DNA from: Phoronis australis
Lineage: Eukaryota; Animalia; Phoronida
Assembly (NCBI GenBank): GCA_002633005.1
Contig: NMRA01000078.1
Location: 124,001 to 188,000, forward strand
DNA length: 64,000 nucleotides
Direction of reading: 5' to 3'
Below are positions 24,909 to 36,661 of the stretch, one piece after another; the stretch's first letter is position 1, and each line of letters begins with the position of its first letter. The notes beneath the pieces are model-generated. The model ran no database searches, was not told the DNA's origin, and saw only the letters and a program-made list of their open reading frames with translations. The position numbers were made by a program, and so were the translations under genes.

Positions 24909-25561
24909 TGTAACGGGAATCGATGGAGCGACCAGCACCGATCTACCTAGTTTCTAAAATGTCGACTGTTCGTAGCCGATAAAAATATTTGCAGCGTTGT
25001 GTACTTTTTCACTCGTTCGAATCGCATACGAGAGAACCCTGGTGACAACTTATAGAGAGTGAAACAAGAGAGAAGTAGATAAATATACTGAATTTTATTA
25101 TGCAATATATATGAAACACAGTTCTACAAACTTACAACTCATCGCTAACTTCCGTCAACATCGCAGCTTTAACTTTTAGCCTGCAAAGAATTTATAAACA
25201 AGAAGAATTCGCTAAAAACGTCAAAGTCCAAATTTAAAAGGTCCAAACAGTTAGGTTGTTTGGTTGGGATTCCTTGCGGATAGAGTCCAGACCCGGCAAA
25301 ATCCGAAGTTTTAGCGAGAGGGGCCCATTTTTATAGGCGTATTCGCACCGCGAATGTTCCAAATTACGCTAAAATAGGGGTTTCAAGATAAATGTGAAAA
25401 CCAATCAGAATAGAACTAAAAATTTCGTCATCGGAAGTTCCATATAAGGAATTGACCATCTTACACCCCTTTACAATATAATAACACACTCCAGCTTCTG
25501 AAACTAAACTGACGACTCGTCCTCACTCACGGCTCCACCAATAGACGGCGCTCCCGTCACA
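24909..25561 (-). mobile_element. Solo LTR (Gypsy-like)
   Basis: TGTAACGGGA...TCCCGTCACA termini; 4-bp TSD GTAG; minus-strand TATAAAAA at ~25335 and AATAAA at ~25099. Confidence 0.82.
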
Positions 25562-28500
25562 GTAGAAACAAGAGATGAAGGTAGTAATTGTCAAGAATAA
25601 AATAGAAATTTTTGAAACTCATTCTGCTGCAAGTGACATGATTGGGAAGATTCCAATATTACATGGTATTTATGATTTACTAAGACTGAAAAAATGTTAG
25701 AACTATTGGTAGCATTTTCTATATTATTATTCTTAAATTAAAGAAACATTAAATCTGTCCTGCTGGACTATGATTTTGACTAACAATCCTTAAAGATGTG
25801 TTTGCATGCTCCTAACTATGTTAACGTATATAGCAAGAGCTAAACGGCAATGCAATTTGAACATTATCTACGCTAAACAAAGTGCAGTTGTATTCACTGA
25901 CAACTTGTTAATGTGAAAACAAAAAATTTTGCAAATAGGTGACCTTTGCACTAATGACATACCTTGTGGACTCATATAGCCCGCGCCATATTGTGTCCTA
26001 AATTGGTGCATTTTTACTGTAGACTTCAGAGGGCTTGTGTCTTGACCTCATTTCATTCAGGATGTCAAGGGTCATCTGAAAGACGTAACCTCACTGACTT
26101 TTCAACTTGCCCCATTGTTTCAAATTAAGATACCATTCAACCGTAAATAAAATTGAGACTTCGTTTCGGAACCTGAAGTCTCTTTCAGTAAAAAATTTTC
26201 TGTTTGGGACAATCTCTAAACTTCGCGATACTGAAAGTCTAAGCAAAATTGAATTTTTTGGTTCTGAAAATTAGAACACGGTTGATTTTGAAATTCATAT
26301 TTCTCAGGTACGTTGCACGTTATGTATCAACTGAGTCTGAAAGTAGACTTGACACTAAATCGTGGAAAATAACCACCAGCACAATGTTTGCTTGTGTCCC
26401 CATATTGTGTAACAGCAGGTGAATCATCCTTTGTCGTTGATTGTAATTCTTGAATTTGGAATGGCCGTTGTTGCTCATTTCTAAAATTATGTGTGAACTC
26501 TGACCTTGAGCAAAATGATTTTAATTAAAATTTTTTACTGTTCCACACTACAAAATGTTTACCGTAACTTGTTTTTAATCTCAGAATTTGTCGTTCCTGG
26601 CTAGTGAGTGGTTTCTTCAGTGAAACTGGCTTCAAATGTTGTGTTACTAGAATAGAATGGAACGGAATATCTTAATTGCAGACTCACTGTTCAATATCAA
26701 ATACTGTATGTACATATGTGCGGGCATTCATGTGTCTCCCTCATGTTCTGAATAGATATCAGTACTTTTTCCATTCATTAATTCTCCTCATGTAGGCTTT
26801 GTTAGTTGTGGTGATTGTTATGGATATTTAACACTAGATTTTTCACTGACAATACCAAGTGAAGATCCCTTTTGAAACCAAAGGACCCTACGTTGATGTG
26901 GTAAGCGTACAACCGTTTCGTCCATATCTCACCCACTTGATTCATTTGGAGGACTTTTCACCTGAGGGAAAGTTGGGACATACATGTGTATAGTTGAAGT
27001 GATTTTACATGAGTGTTAACTCAGCTACAGGTTTGTGAAATAGTTTTAACAGCTTATTGAGATGTGCTTAACATGGTAGGTTAGCAACAATTATGAAATA
27101 ATTTGATGAAACATTCAATGTTTTCACTGAGATTGATGTATTACGTTGACGTTATATGTACCCTTACAAGCCAGTGTTTGTGTTCAGAATAGCTATGAAA
27201 ATGTAAAATTTACTTTCGAGCTAGTACAAGCACACTTTCTCCTCTCTTCAAATAGAAAACTTTCAGAATTTTAAATCTCAGTCTTCAGTTGATGAGGTTT
27301 GCATGACCATGATTTTTGACTTGGATGTCAAAATTGCTGTTAAAGGTTTTTATTAATTTATTTATATTTCATAAAACAAAAATGAAAATTAAACTTAAAA
27401 ATTTTTTCAAGATTTAATTCCAATATTATTAGTGTCTGATGCAAAAGAGAAACATTTTGAAAATGTTTCTTAATAATACTTTGAAGTCACAAACTGTGCG
27501 TGTTGCGTTGTTGTCAGTTTCCTCTGAATCTGATCAGCCAAATGTCTGAAAAAGGATCGCGTAAAATTGACTGAAGTCTGGCATTTTGCCTGCATAAACT
27601 GATGCATATATCTTGAATATCTTCCCTCAGCGCCATCCAACCTGCAGAACTTCTTATGCCTTATTTGCTCATCCATTTTCATAGGCAAAATTTTTCACTA
27701 GGAATACGAGTGATGGCATATTTGCTCTGTCTTATTTCCAGATTTGGGCTCGTAAAAAGCGGCGACCAAAACAAAAACACTAAAGGTATATTTGGCACCC
27801 ATTCGAGTGAGGTCAATTTCCTACTTGTGTTTTATTTTTCCACTCAAGTTTCGATCGTTTACTCACCTATAATGAACCCTGATTTTCAATAATATGCACA
27901 CCTTCCCTTATGACTTTGGGATCAGTGTCTACTCACTCTGAGGACTGTTCACTGCTGGAAAAGTCATACCTAAGCATCTGCCCAATACAAACTCCTATTA
28001 GTTGTTTAAACTTTATAATAATCGTACACAAAAAGTGCTTAAACCATCGCATGGTTCTTGTACCTTTGGCTCAAACCATTTTCCCGATGGCGCCCTACTG
28101 AATGTATAGGAGTCTTGGTATGAAACGCCAACATGTTCTTTTGAGAATGGAGACAGTTGCACTCGTTTATATGAGTGCAATATAATCATAGCTGTACAAT
28201 GCAAATCGTTGATGGAACACGCCCAGATTTAGAACATTGGCGGAACAACCTAATGTGTTCATTTCAGAATGCATGTATTGCGTTAATTTGTTCATACTGA
28301 ATTATATATATGCATGAAGTGCCTTAGTTTCAATTGTAGTCACAACACTGCATGGATGAATCTGTAAGTCCCCATTGCTGATGTTCGCACTTGGGTACCC
28401 GTGGTGCACGTGTGCGGCGATGAAATGCATTGTGCTTGCCGTATAAACGAGTGCAATGCACTCATCCTCAAGAGAACACACTGTCCTTCCTGGTTGGCTG

Positions 28501-31500
28501 TGGTTCGATCCACCCTTATATTGGTTAATTGTAGCAATAAACGGGTTGTTTTTGAAAGTTGTTTTTATTGCATACACTATCAATATTTTCTTCTAACAAG
28601 AGGTGTCAAGTGTAGCTTATAGCCTATATAAGCCAACATCATTGAGTTGGGTAAATGTCCTCACATACACAAACAATCGTTATCAAGACCCCATGCAGTG
28701 GTGGTGGCCCAGTAGTGACATAACTGAAAAGTGAGATAAGCATGCCGGTTTGGGGCACCTGGGATTTGGGACAATTCATTAGTGAATGGGAATCCATACC
28801 TGCTTAGGGGCTATCAGCTGACGAACTAATCCATCCTGACCAGAGTATAGGAGTTAAATCTTGCGTGACTGGTTGTGGTCCTGCGATTGACCCCTTTGTT
28901 GCATTACTGAAGGGCTTTAAGTTCATAGGATGCGTTCTTTGTAGCTGAGTTTGCATGGTTTATTGTTGACTTGCTCACAGCAAATAATCGTTTTTACTAT
29001 CGTATGCTTGGTGGATATTTCACTGGTGGGGATGACTAACGTCAAACCATAAGGAGAACTGCGGTGAGAATTTGGGTTCGCATAAAATTTGGATGATATA
29101 CAATCGAACCTAGTTATGTATCCTGTTTAAAAGGTTAATTAGCATCAATATTTAATGTACAAGTAACAAGCTTCTAAGGCCGGATTCTGTATAATGTTTG
29201 TATGTCTACCCCAGTTTCAACAAACGAACGTTATGGTGTACAGATTTTGATGGTCCCTTGTTATATGTTGTAGCGAGGTTAGACTGTAGCAGGTTTTTTG
29301 ATAAGCTAAATCAAACAACACAGTGTTAAAAAGGAGTTCTGATAAGTGTATAGCTTGTAATGTCAAAAAGGGGGCTGTGGTGAGTGTTTACAATACGGGG
29401 AGTTGACTTGACCAGTTCACAGTGTGAAAGTGGAACTTTATTTGATTGTTGCTGATAGGGGAGGAATGTCACTATTTGCCCACCATCCAAACATGATTTA
29501 CCCATAGGTCATGGGATGTCATTTATATACACTGCCACTAGAGATGTGTTGCCACGACTTGGCTGATGAAAGTTGTGGATTATCTCTCACCTCTATTTGG
29601 GGGGTCGGTCAATTTACGCCTCGCACCTGGGAACCAAATCGTCTTATCTGGATAATCAGGGTTGGGGCCTTAATACATAGTGGTGTCGCCCCACACATGT
29701 GAACTGTAACCTGAATAATTAAGCATTTTATTTGTGTACAGGTGAAGATGGGCTATTTTATCAGACGTAAGACGGAAGACGAGAGATAGTTCGCTACACA
29801 CGTCTTTGACACCAGTCCAGCAGTTTTGACAGGTAGGATTTTTAATTGTCTTTAGTTCAATGTTCACTTCTTACTTTTCTGATCAAGTTAATTGCAAAAT
29901 TACTTAATTTAAAAAAATGGTTTAAAAACTTTCACAAAAAATTTGCTGTTTGATAAACATCTTTCCTCGGTGAAGTGTTCAATTCTTGCTTTTCAAGTTT
30001 TCTTTACATTAACTTCCTGTTAAAACTGCCATATCATTGTGTTCTTAATCCTTTGCTTGAAGTTGAATTAGTTGGAATAAGGTGCCTTAGAGACTGCTTC
30101 TGGTGTTGGATCTACACAGCTGACTTGTAGAATTTATGGGCTTTGAAATAATAACAAATGTAGGTCTCAAGCCTTGAGATCATTTTATTCTAAGGAAGGG
30201 ACTAGACAAGAACAACTGCAGGTGGTAATTGACAGGTAGCCAGGATTTATATTGAATAACGTGTTGGAAATACACCGTACTTTTATGACTGACCTTTTAA
30301 CTACCAGAGTGCATGCTCGTCGAAATCATTTTGAAGTAAAAATGTTGCATTTTACTATTTAATTAATTTTGGAGTGCTTAACTAGGATTAGTTAATTCTG
30401 AGTAAAGTGTGATTATCGAAATTCCCAAAACGAGCGGAAAATTGATCACGTGATCTTATGTTGCAAAAAGCCAAGAATTTGTCAGGTGTTGTCTATAATA
30501 TTCTGTTCTTTGATACATGTCAGTCGCAATACATACATTCCTCCGTTAAAATTCTCCATTTTTATCTTCGTTTTCGAAATCTTTCCAACGATGAAGTTTT
30601 TTCTTTTACCTACAGTGTGTATTGATCCAAAATGTTCTCACGTACTGTCTGATTCGTCGGACGTGTCAGACGATCAGATGAGTCAATCATGGGCAAACAG
30701 GGGAGATAAGTCTTGTTTATTTGCAGTGTGGACACCGTTACAACACTGCGTAAGTAAAATTATTTTTAAAAATCTAAACGTTTACGAGCAACATCTGGCC
30801 AAAGTTAAACTGTCTCTATTAAATTCTTAATCGAAGTGCGGTGGAACATTGCTGTTGCTTTTCTATCTTAAATTGTTGCCAAATGAGCTGGGAACTCAAG
30901 TTACAGATAGTGTGTACGTGTAACATTTTCGAATTTGTAATTTTGTGATTGTCCAATCCTAATAAACTCTGAAACGTGTTTTTGACTCAGTGATGGCTTC
31001 GACATTCTTGTAGGTAACGGAAATACAATCAAGAGTATTATGAGACCGATTTTATGGGAGTGAAATTGCTAATTTGATTTTTGTTTTTTAGCCAACTAAG
31101 CTGAGCGATATGGAAGTTTTGAGGGTATCAATGTGTTCATTTCTTGCTATGAATATTTTCAGCAAGAAGTGTTTCACTCCATTTCGTCCCAAAATCGCTG
31201 TTACGTCGTTACCATTTTAGGATTCGTGGAAAGCTCTTTAAGTGAAATCTGGTGCAAAATGTTGCACAAACAGCCATTGAAGTTTGAAGTGTTTGTTTTT
31301 AACCACAATCATAAACATTACATTGTGACATTCTGACCCCGAGCTTAATCCCAAAGAATGTGCCTGTATACACTGAAACAAAACCATTGTTTCACAAGCT
31401 TGTCATATTTTCCGGTTTTGGTATGTGCACTGAAGTATGGAGTTCTGTTTCACAAGTGAAGAAAACATTATTAGTAAGCAGAAAATAGTAGATTGGACGC

Positions 31501-31839
31501 ACTGATGACGGGTCATTTATGGTGTTGTTTTATACCCTAGTGTCATCTTGTAAACATTCACTGGACTCGCATACAGTAAATAGTTTGCGAGTAGGAATTT
31601 AAAAGAAACGAAAGACTGTTATTTAAAGTCATTAGCACGTTATGTCAACTCATCAATGATCCTAACTGTAACTTAGTAGACACTTAAATCTTAGATAGTC
31701 AAGTTGATGAATTGTTGTCCTTGTCAATCCTAAAAGAGCAATGTTGAAAACTCACTATAATCTATTAACTGGGCAAGCTGAACTAACGCTGTGGCATTGT
31801 GGGAATTTTTGAATCACATGATCCACTTTGTGGCATAAC

Positions 31840-32401
31840 CAAGGCTTGGAATTTTCCGCGGAAACGCGGATTTCCGCTTTTTTTCAAAATGTTCTGTCCT
31901 CGCATTTTATTATATTTCCGCGTAAAAAAAAATCGGATTTGATATAAAATTTCCGCGGCAAATTCCTTTCTTATCGCGCCGTTGCCGACGACGTTCACCT
32001 CGAAAAGCGGAAGCTGCTATTTATGTTTCGGAGGAACGTAAATTATCAACATTGCCGGCGCATCTGGGATAGCATGGTGGGATTTTCAATGGCGTCTCGC
32101 GTGACTGTAAACCGCGTTTTTTTTTAATGTTTATTACGAAATCTTCAGAATACAATGAATATACATAACCCCGCGGTGACAAATACTACGGCTCTGCAGC
32201 CAAAAATGTGTGGGGATGGGAGTGGACAGACGAGATAAAAAGACGCAGACGCATGCTACTGATGGTGGTGACCCTTTTTTTTAGTGCTCCCGAATTTTGT
32301 CGGCGAAAGGTTCACATCGACTATTTCAAGGCTAGGTAGCGCGCATGTTTTGGGGCCATAAAAGTTTCTGCGTTTTTTGTCATTGGTCATTCCAAGCCCT
32401 G
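31840..32401 (-). mobile_element. Non-autonomous DNA transposon, CAGGGCTTGGAAT family, GC-richer subtype, with a nested insertion
   Basis: Reverse-complement match to 3235-3698; perfect TSD CATAAC. Confidence 0.92.
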
Positions 32402-33994
32402 CATAACAAGGAAGTGTCTGCGCAGGGGAGTTAATTACTGTATAATGTGTGACCAGATATGTTTGGGGCAAAATGAGACAGTGATACAAGTTGTGGTCTC
32501 CTTGTTTTTGCCGTTTTTTTTGTTACTTTGAATTGTTTGAACGAGATTATTTGAGCTTTTGCAAGTTGTTTCCACGAAAACATTGTACAAACTGACATTT
32601 GTTTGCCAATATTTCTGACTTTTCTGGAGCCACTGATTAAATTTTCTGTGATAATTGTTAGAGCATGGAAGGTTCAGCAGCTTTTATGGAATTATTCTCC
32701 ATTTTTACTGACACATGCTTTTATGAATATGATTGAAGTGCTTATTTGCTTAATACAATTTATTTATTCTTGCCTCGTTTAATAATGGGTTACTATAGTT
32801 ACAAAAGATTCCAGTTTGTTTGTTGTCTTTTGAAATATTTGCCAATTACCAAATAATGAAACACTATATTTTCAAATCACATGAACATATGTGCTTGAAA
32901 ATGATAATCGAACATCAAACTAATTCTTGTCATCTTGGTTTGAAAAAAATGACCTTCACTTCTGTTATCAGGAATAATGTAACGTAAATTCTCTCAGACT
33001 TTTAATTACTGACCCAATTTAAAAAATGATGACGTCGACATTCAGTGATAGTCAGTTATTATAAACTACAGAGCATCATTTTTTGTCTACGGTAAAAATT
33101 CTGTTTTGGACACTATACAGTGGACAGTAGAATTAGTTCTGTTAAATTTCTCAAGAAAAATTACTAAAATTTTTCCTTGTGAGCATGGCTTGTAGGCGGG
33201 TATAGCTGTCACCACATATCTGTTGCCACTCACATTTGGATCAAAATGAAGAATTTTTACCATTTGATTCCGTGGTCATCGAGAATTTTAAAATAATAAA
33301 AATCAATGATTTCATAGGTTGACAGTTGAAGAACTGTGGCCCTTTTTGTTCAGATACTACGATTTGGTGATTGAAAGTTAAGGTACGGTAGTTCAGTTGG
33401 GAGGAAGATATTTTACCAGTCTGGGGGATTTCCCCTTCTAATGCTGAATCCTTGAAGCAGTACCCTGGACAGGTTGTGTGCTGATAAGACAGCCGTTTTC
33501 CTGGTACGGCATTTTTTTCGGGGTATATACGAGCACTCAGTAGCCAGGGGATTACGTTCATCTGCTTGATGTCTGTGAGATTACGCACGTTGATTTTTCA
33601 GTTATTTCACGTTTAAAATAATTGCCATAATTGTCAGTTTTAGAATTTTGGAAAGTTGATACTGAAAATTTATGAAGTGTTGTTTAATGAAACAGAATTT
33701 TCTTGATGTTTATTTTTGTTAAGAAATATGACGCAATGTAATTCTGTGTGTCAGCCATGTTGTTTGCTTAATAATTGAAAATTTGCTAGTAAAAGACTAC
33801 ATGTGAAATTCACCAAGCTTGAATAATCTTTAATGGCACAATCAATCAAGCTGTAAAGTACCTATCCTTGTTCGGGCTCAGACAATATTAATCAAGCTTT
33901 AGCTACATCATTTGATTTGACTTTGTCCAATATTATTCAAGTTTAGCCAACCTTATTCAAACTAAGGACGTATTATTCAAGCTTAGCAAATATT

Positions 33995-34160
33995 CAGGGC
34001 TTGGAATTTTCTTCTTTTAAGAGGATTTCCTGTTTTTTGGTTACGATTTCCTCTTTTTTGATTTCCTGTTTTGTTTTTTTCAACGCTTTTTATCATAATT
34101 TTGATTTTATTCATGCAAAAATGTTTATTTCAGTTAAATTTTACAACACAAAAAACATTT
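33995..34160 (-). mobile_element. Truncated MITE, CAGGGCTTGGAAT family
   Basis: One intact TIR plus the AT-rich subtype body in reverse orientation. Confidence 0.8.
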
Positions 34161-35029
34161 CGGACCTAGCTTATTCAGGTTCCAGACTAAGCTTGCATAA
34201 CCTTGCTAACAATGTGGCAGACGTCTTAACAGTTTTTGAATGTAACACATGAGCTGCTTCTTCACATGTTAACTGTTTGTCTTTTTTCATATATTTATCA
34301 TCAAAAATATAATGTACAATAATTGGAAATAAGCCCAGAACACGCTGGAAAGCATTTTATCTGGCCTGGTTGTTGACATCAGAAAATGCTCAGAGCGTGT
34401 GTTCGGGACCTTCAAACAAAGTTGACTTGTTCTGGTGAACCATTTTACAATTGCGTTAATTTAACCCTTCCTTTTCCTGGCATTAGTGTTACAATATAGT
34501 TGGTCTTTCAAGGTTGATATGTCGAGTTCCGGAGAAATCAAATGGTTTCTTCCTAGCAGTATTGAGAGGTTGGATCAGTGTGTCTCCAAGCCACTACCAC
34601 TGCACATGAGAAGTGGAAGGACATGTGAGCATAGTTCTCGCACTCTGTAGTATATCAAGCTTGCATACTACGCTTAGAGCGCTTAAAACTGGACAGTACT
34701 GACTATTTTTCAAATACAAATCTTGCAAGTAGCGTCCTAAAAAAACTCAGTCTGATTTATGCCTTAGCAAGATTGAATTTCCACATTTTTTACCAGTTTT
34801 GCCAAACTTTTTAGTTGTAGTACCATTAATAAGTTACCTGTTGCTGGTGTGAGTCAGGTATGATTACCATAGTAACAGTAACCATGATGACTATTATAGT
34901 TGTATGTGAATGACCTCTATTGCTTGTGCCTGATTATCTAACAGTTTCTGGGACCTGTGTGTATGTTGATCTACCCTGACTCTTCCTCTCTGTTGGCAAC
35001 TCCTTATTCAGGCTGTGGCTGTAACACAG

Positions 35030-35310
35030 TCTCTATGATCTGAGCTTGTTCACTGAATCTAATGCAGTCACTCTGATCTGAGCTTGTTGACTGAATCTAA
35101 CACAGTCACTATGATCTGTGCTTGTTGACTGAATCTAACACAGTCACTGTGATCTGTGCTTGTTGACTGAATCTAATGCAGTCACTCTGATCTGAGCTTG
35201 TTGACTGAATCTAATGCAGTCACTCTGATCTGTGCTTGTTGACTGAATCTAACACAGTCACTGTGAACTATGAGTGTTGACTCTGCCGAACACAGTCACT
35301 GGGATCTTTT
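35030..35310. repeat. Minisatellite, about 38-bp unit, about 7 copies
   Basis: CTCTGATCTGAGCTTGTTGACTGAATCTAATGCAGTCA in tandem. Confidence 0.93.
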
Positions 35311-36222
35311 GTTGATCCAGTCATACTACATCACCAGGGGGTTAAGTAATCAGACCCTTATGTTGACCAAATATTGAGATTTAGCTGTTACATTAAAGGT
35401 GAACTTCCCAGATAACCCAGTACTCAGTGTTTACTCGTTCTTACCTGTAAACAAAATTGAATCGTTAGTGCAGGTGTGTTTGATGCTCACAGCTGATCAG
35501 AATTGTGTATCTAGTCTGTGTATGTATTGTGTAACACCATGTGTTGCCTCAACCAATAGTCATGCTCTCTTGGCTATGGCTTGTTTGCCTGGAACATGCA
35601 TAAAATATAGGATCTTGTTTTTCTGCCACTTAAGATAATTAATTATCTTTTTATGAGGCAGACTGACTTGACAGAATAGCAGGACATTATTTATTGTTTC
35701 AAAATGTCGTCATCTGCTATCACATTCGGGAGATCACATAAAGACTTGTTGCATCCATTTTTTACTTGTGTCATATTTTTTCATAAATCAAGTGTAGTTA
35801 ATAAGGCAGACTAATTATGTCCACAAAAGGGAGGAAAGTCCTTTTTATGCATTGCCCCTTCAGAATTGGATTTTGAATATGGGGATTTCTCTCTGTCCTT
35901 ATTTCTTAGAAATAAATTTTAATGCGTATTTCAGCACTTATAAGGTGTTTAACACACATCAAGGGTTTTCAAGGCTGATAAATGGCTTGTCTTTCTTGAC
36001 TCCTGACCAACATGTTTACTTGAGACTGGATTGACTTTGAAATTGATCGGTCACATCGCGTGAAATTGGACATAATACTCAAAGCGTGACGTGTGTTTTT
36101 TGTCAATTTTTTAGTCTAGTCTCTTGATTACGGGTCGAGGGATCTCTGGGAAGCAACGTTGTGAGAAATTCTAATAACTGTCATTGGTAATTAAAGCATT
36201 TCTTACTTTTTCATTTTCAGCC

Positions 36223-36661
36223 ATGGAGCGTGAAAATCGACCAGAGAAGGCAGTCCCCCGTGAAGTTGCTGCTTTAAGGAGCGACAGTTGGCGACGAAGC
36301 TTTGGAATTGGTCGCCGTCGAGACAGCGGGAAACGTGACAGTGGGTCAGGGCCGCATGGTAGCAACAGAGACTCATTGATGTCATTCTCAAAACGAGGCC
36401 AGGTGACGATACAACGACCAATCTACACCGAGACCAAGTTTCACGAAGGTTTCACTGCAGACTCGAGACCTCAGGGTTCTCTGAAGGATACTGTGAGGAA
36501 ACGGCTACGCGACTCGTGCGCGTGTTCTAAAGACTGTACAAAGAATTTCTTCCTCCATCTATTCCCGTTCTTGACCATACTGAAAGGCTACACCATCAAG
36601 AAGGACTTTGTGAGTGACATTATATCCGGCCTCACAGTCGGAATCATGCACATTCCTCAGG
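36223..36661 (+). CDS. SLC26 coding exon 1
   Basis: TTTTCAG|CCATGG acceptor and Kozak-like start; ends ...HIPQ G|GTAAG. Confidence 0.9.

Noticed and set aside
25600-35000. A third gene between VGLL4 and SLC26
   Set aside because: Only short ORFs without domain-like sequence; no chain of compatible exons found by eye
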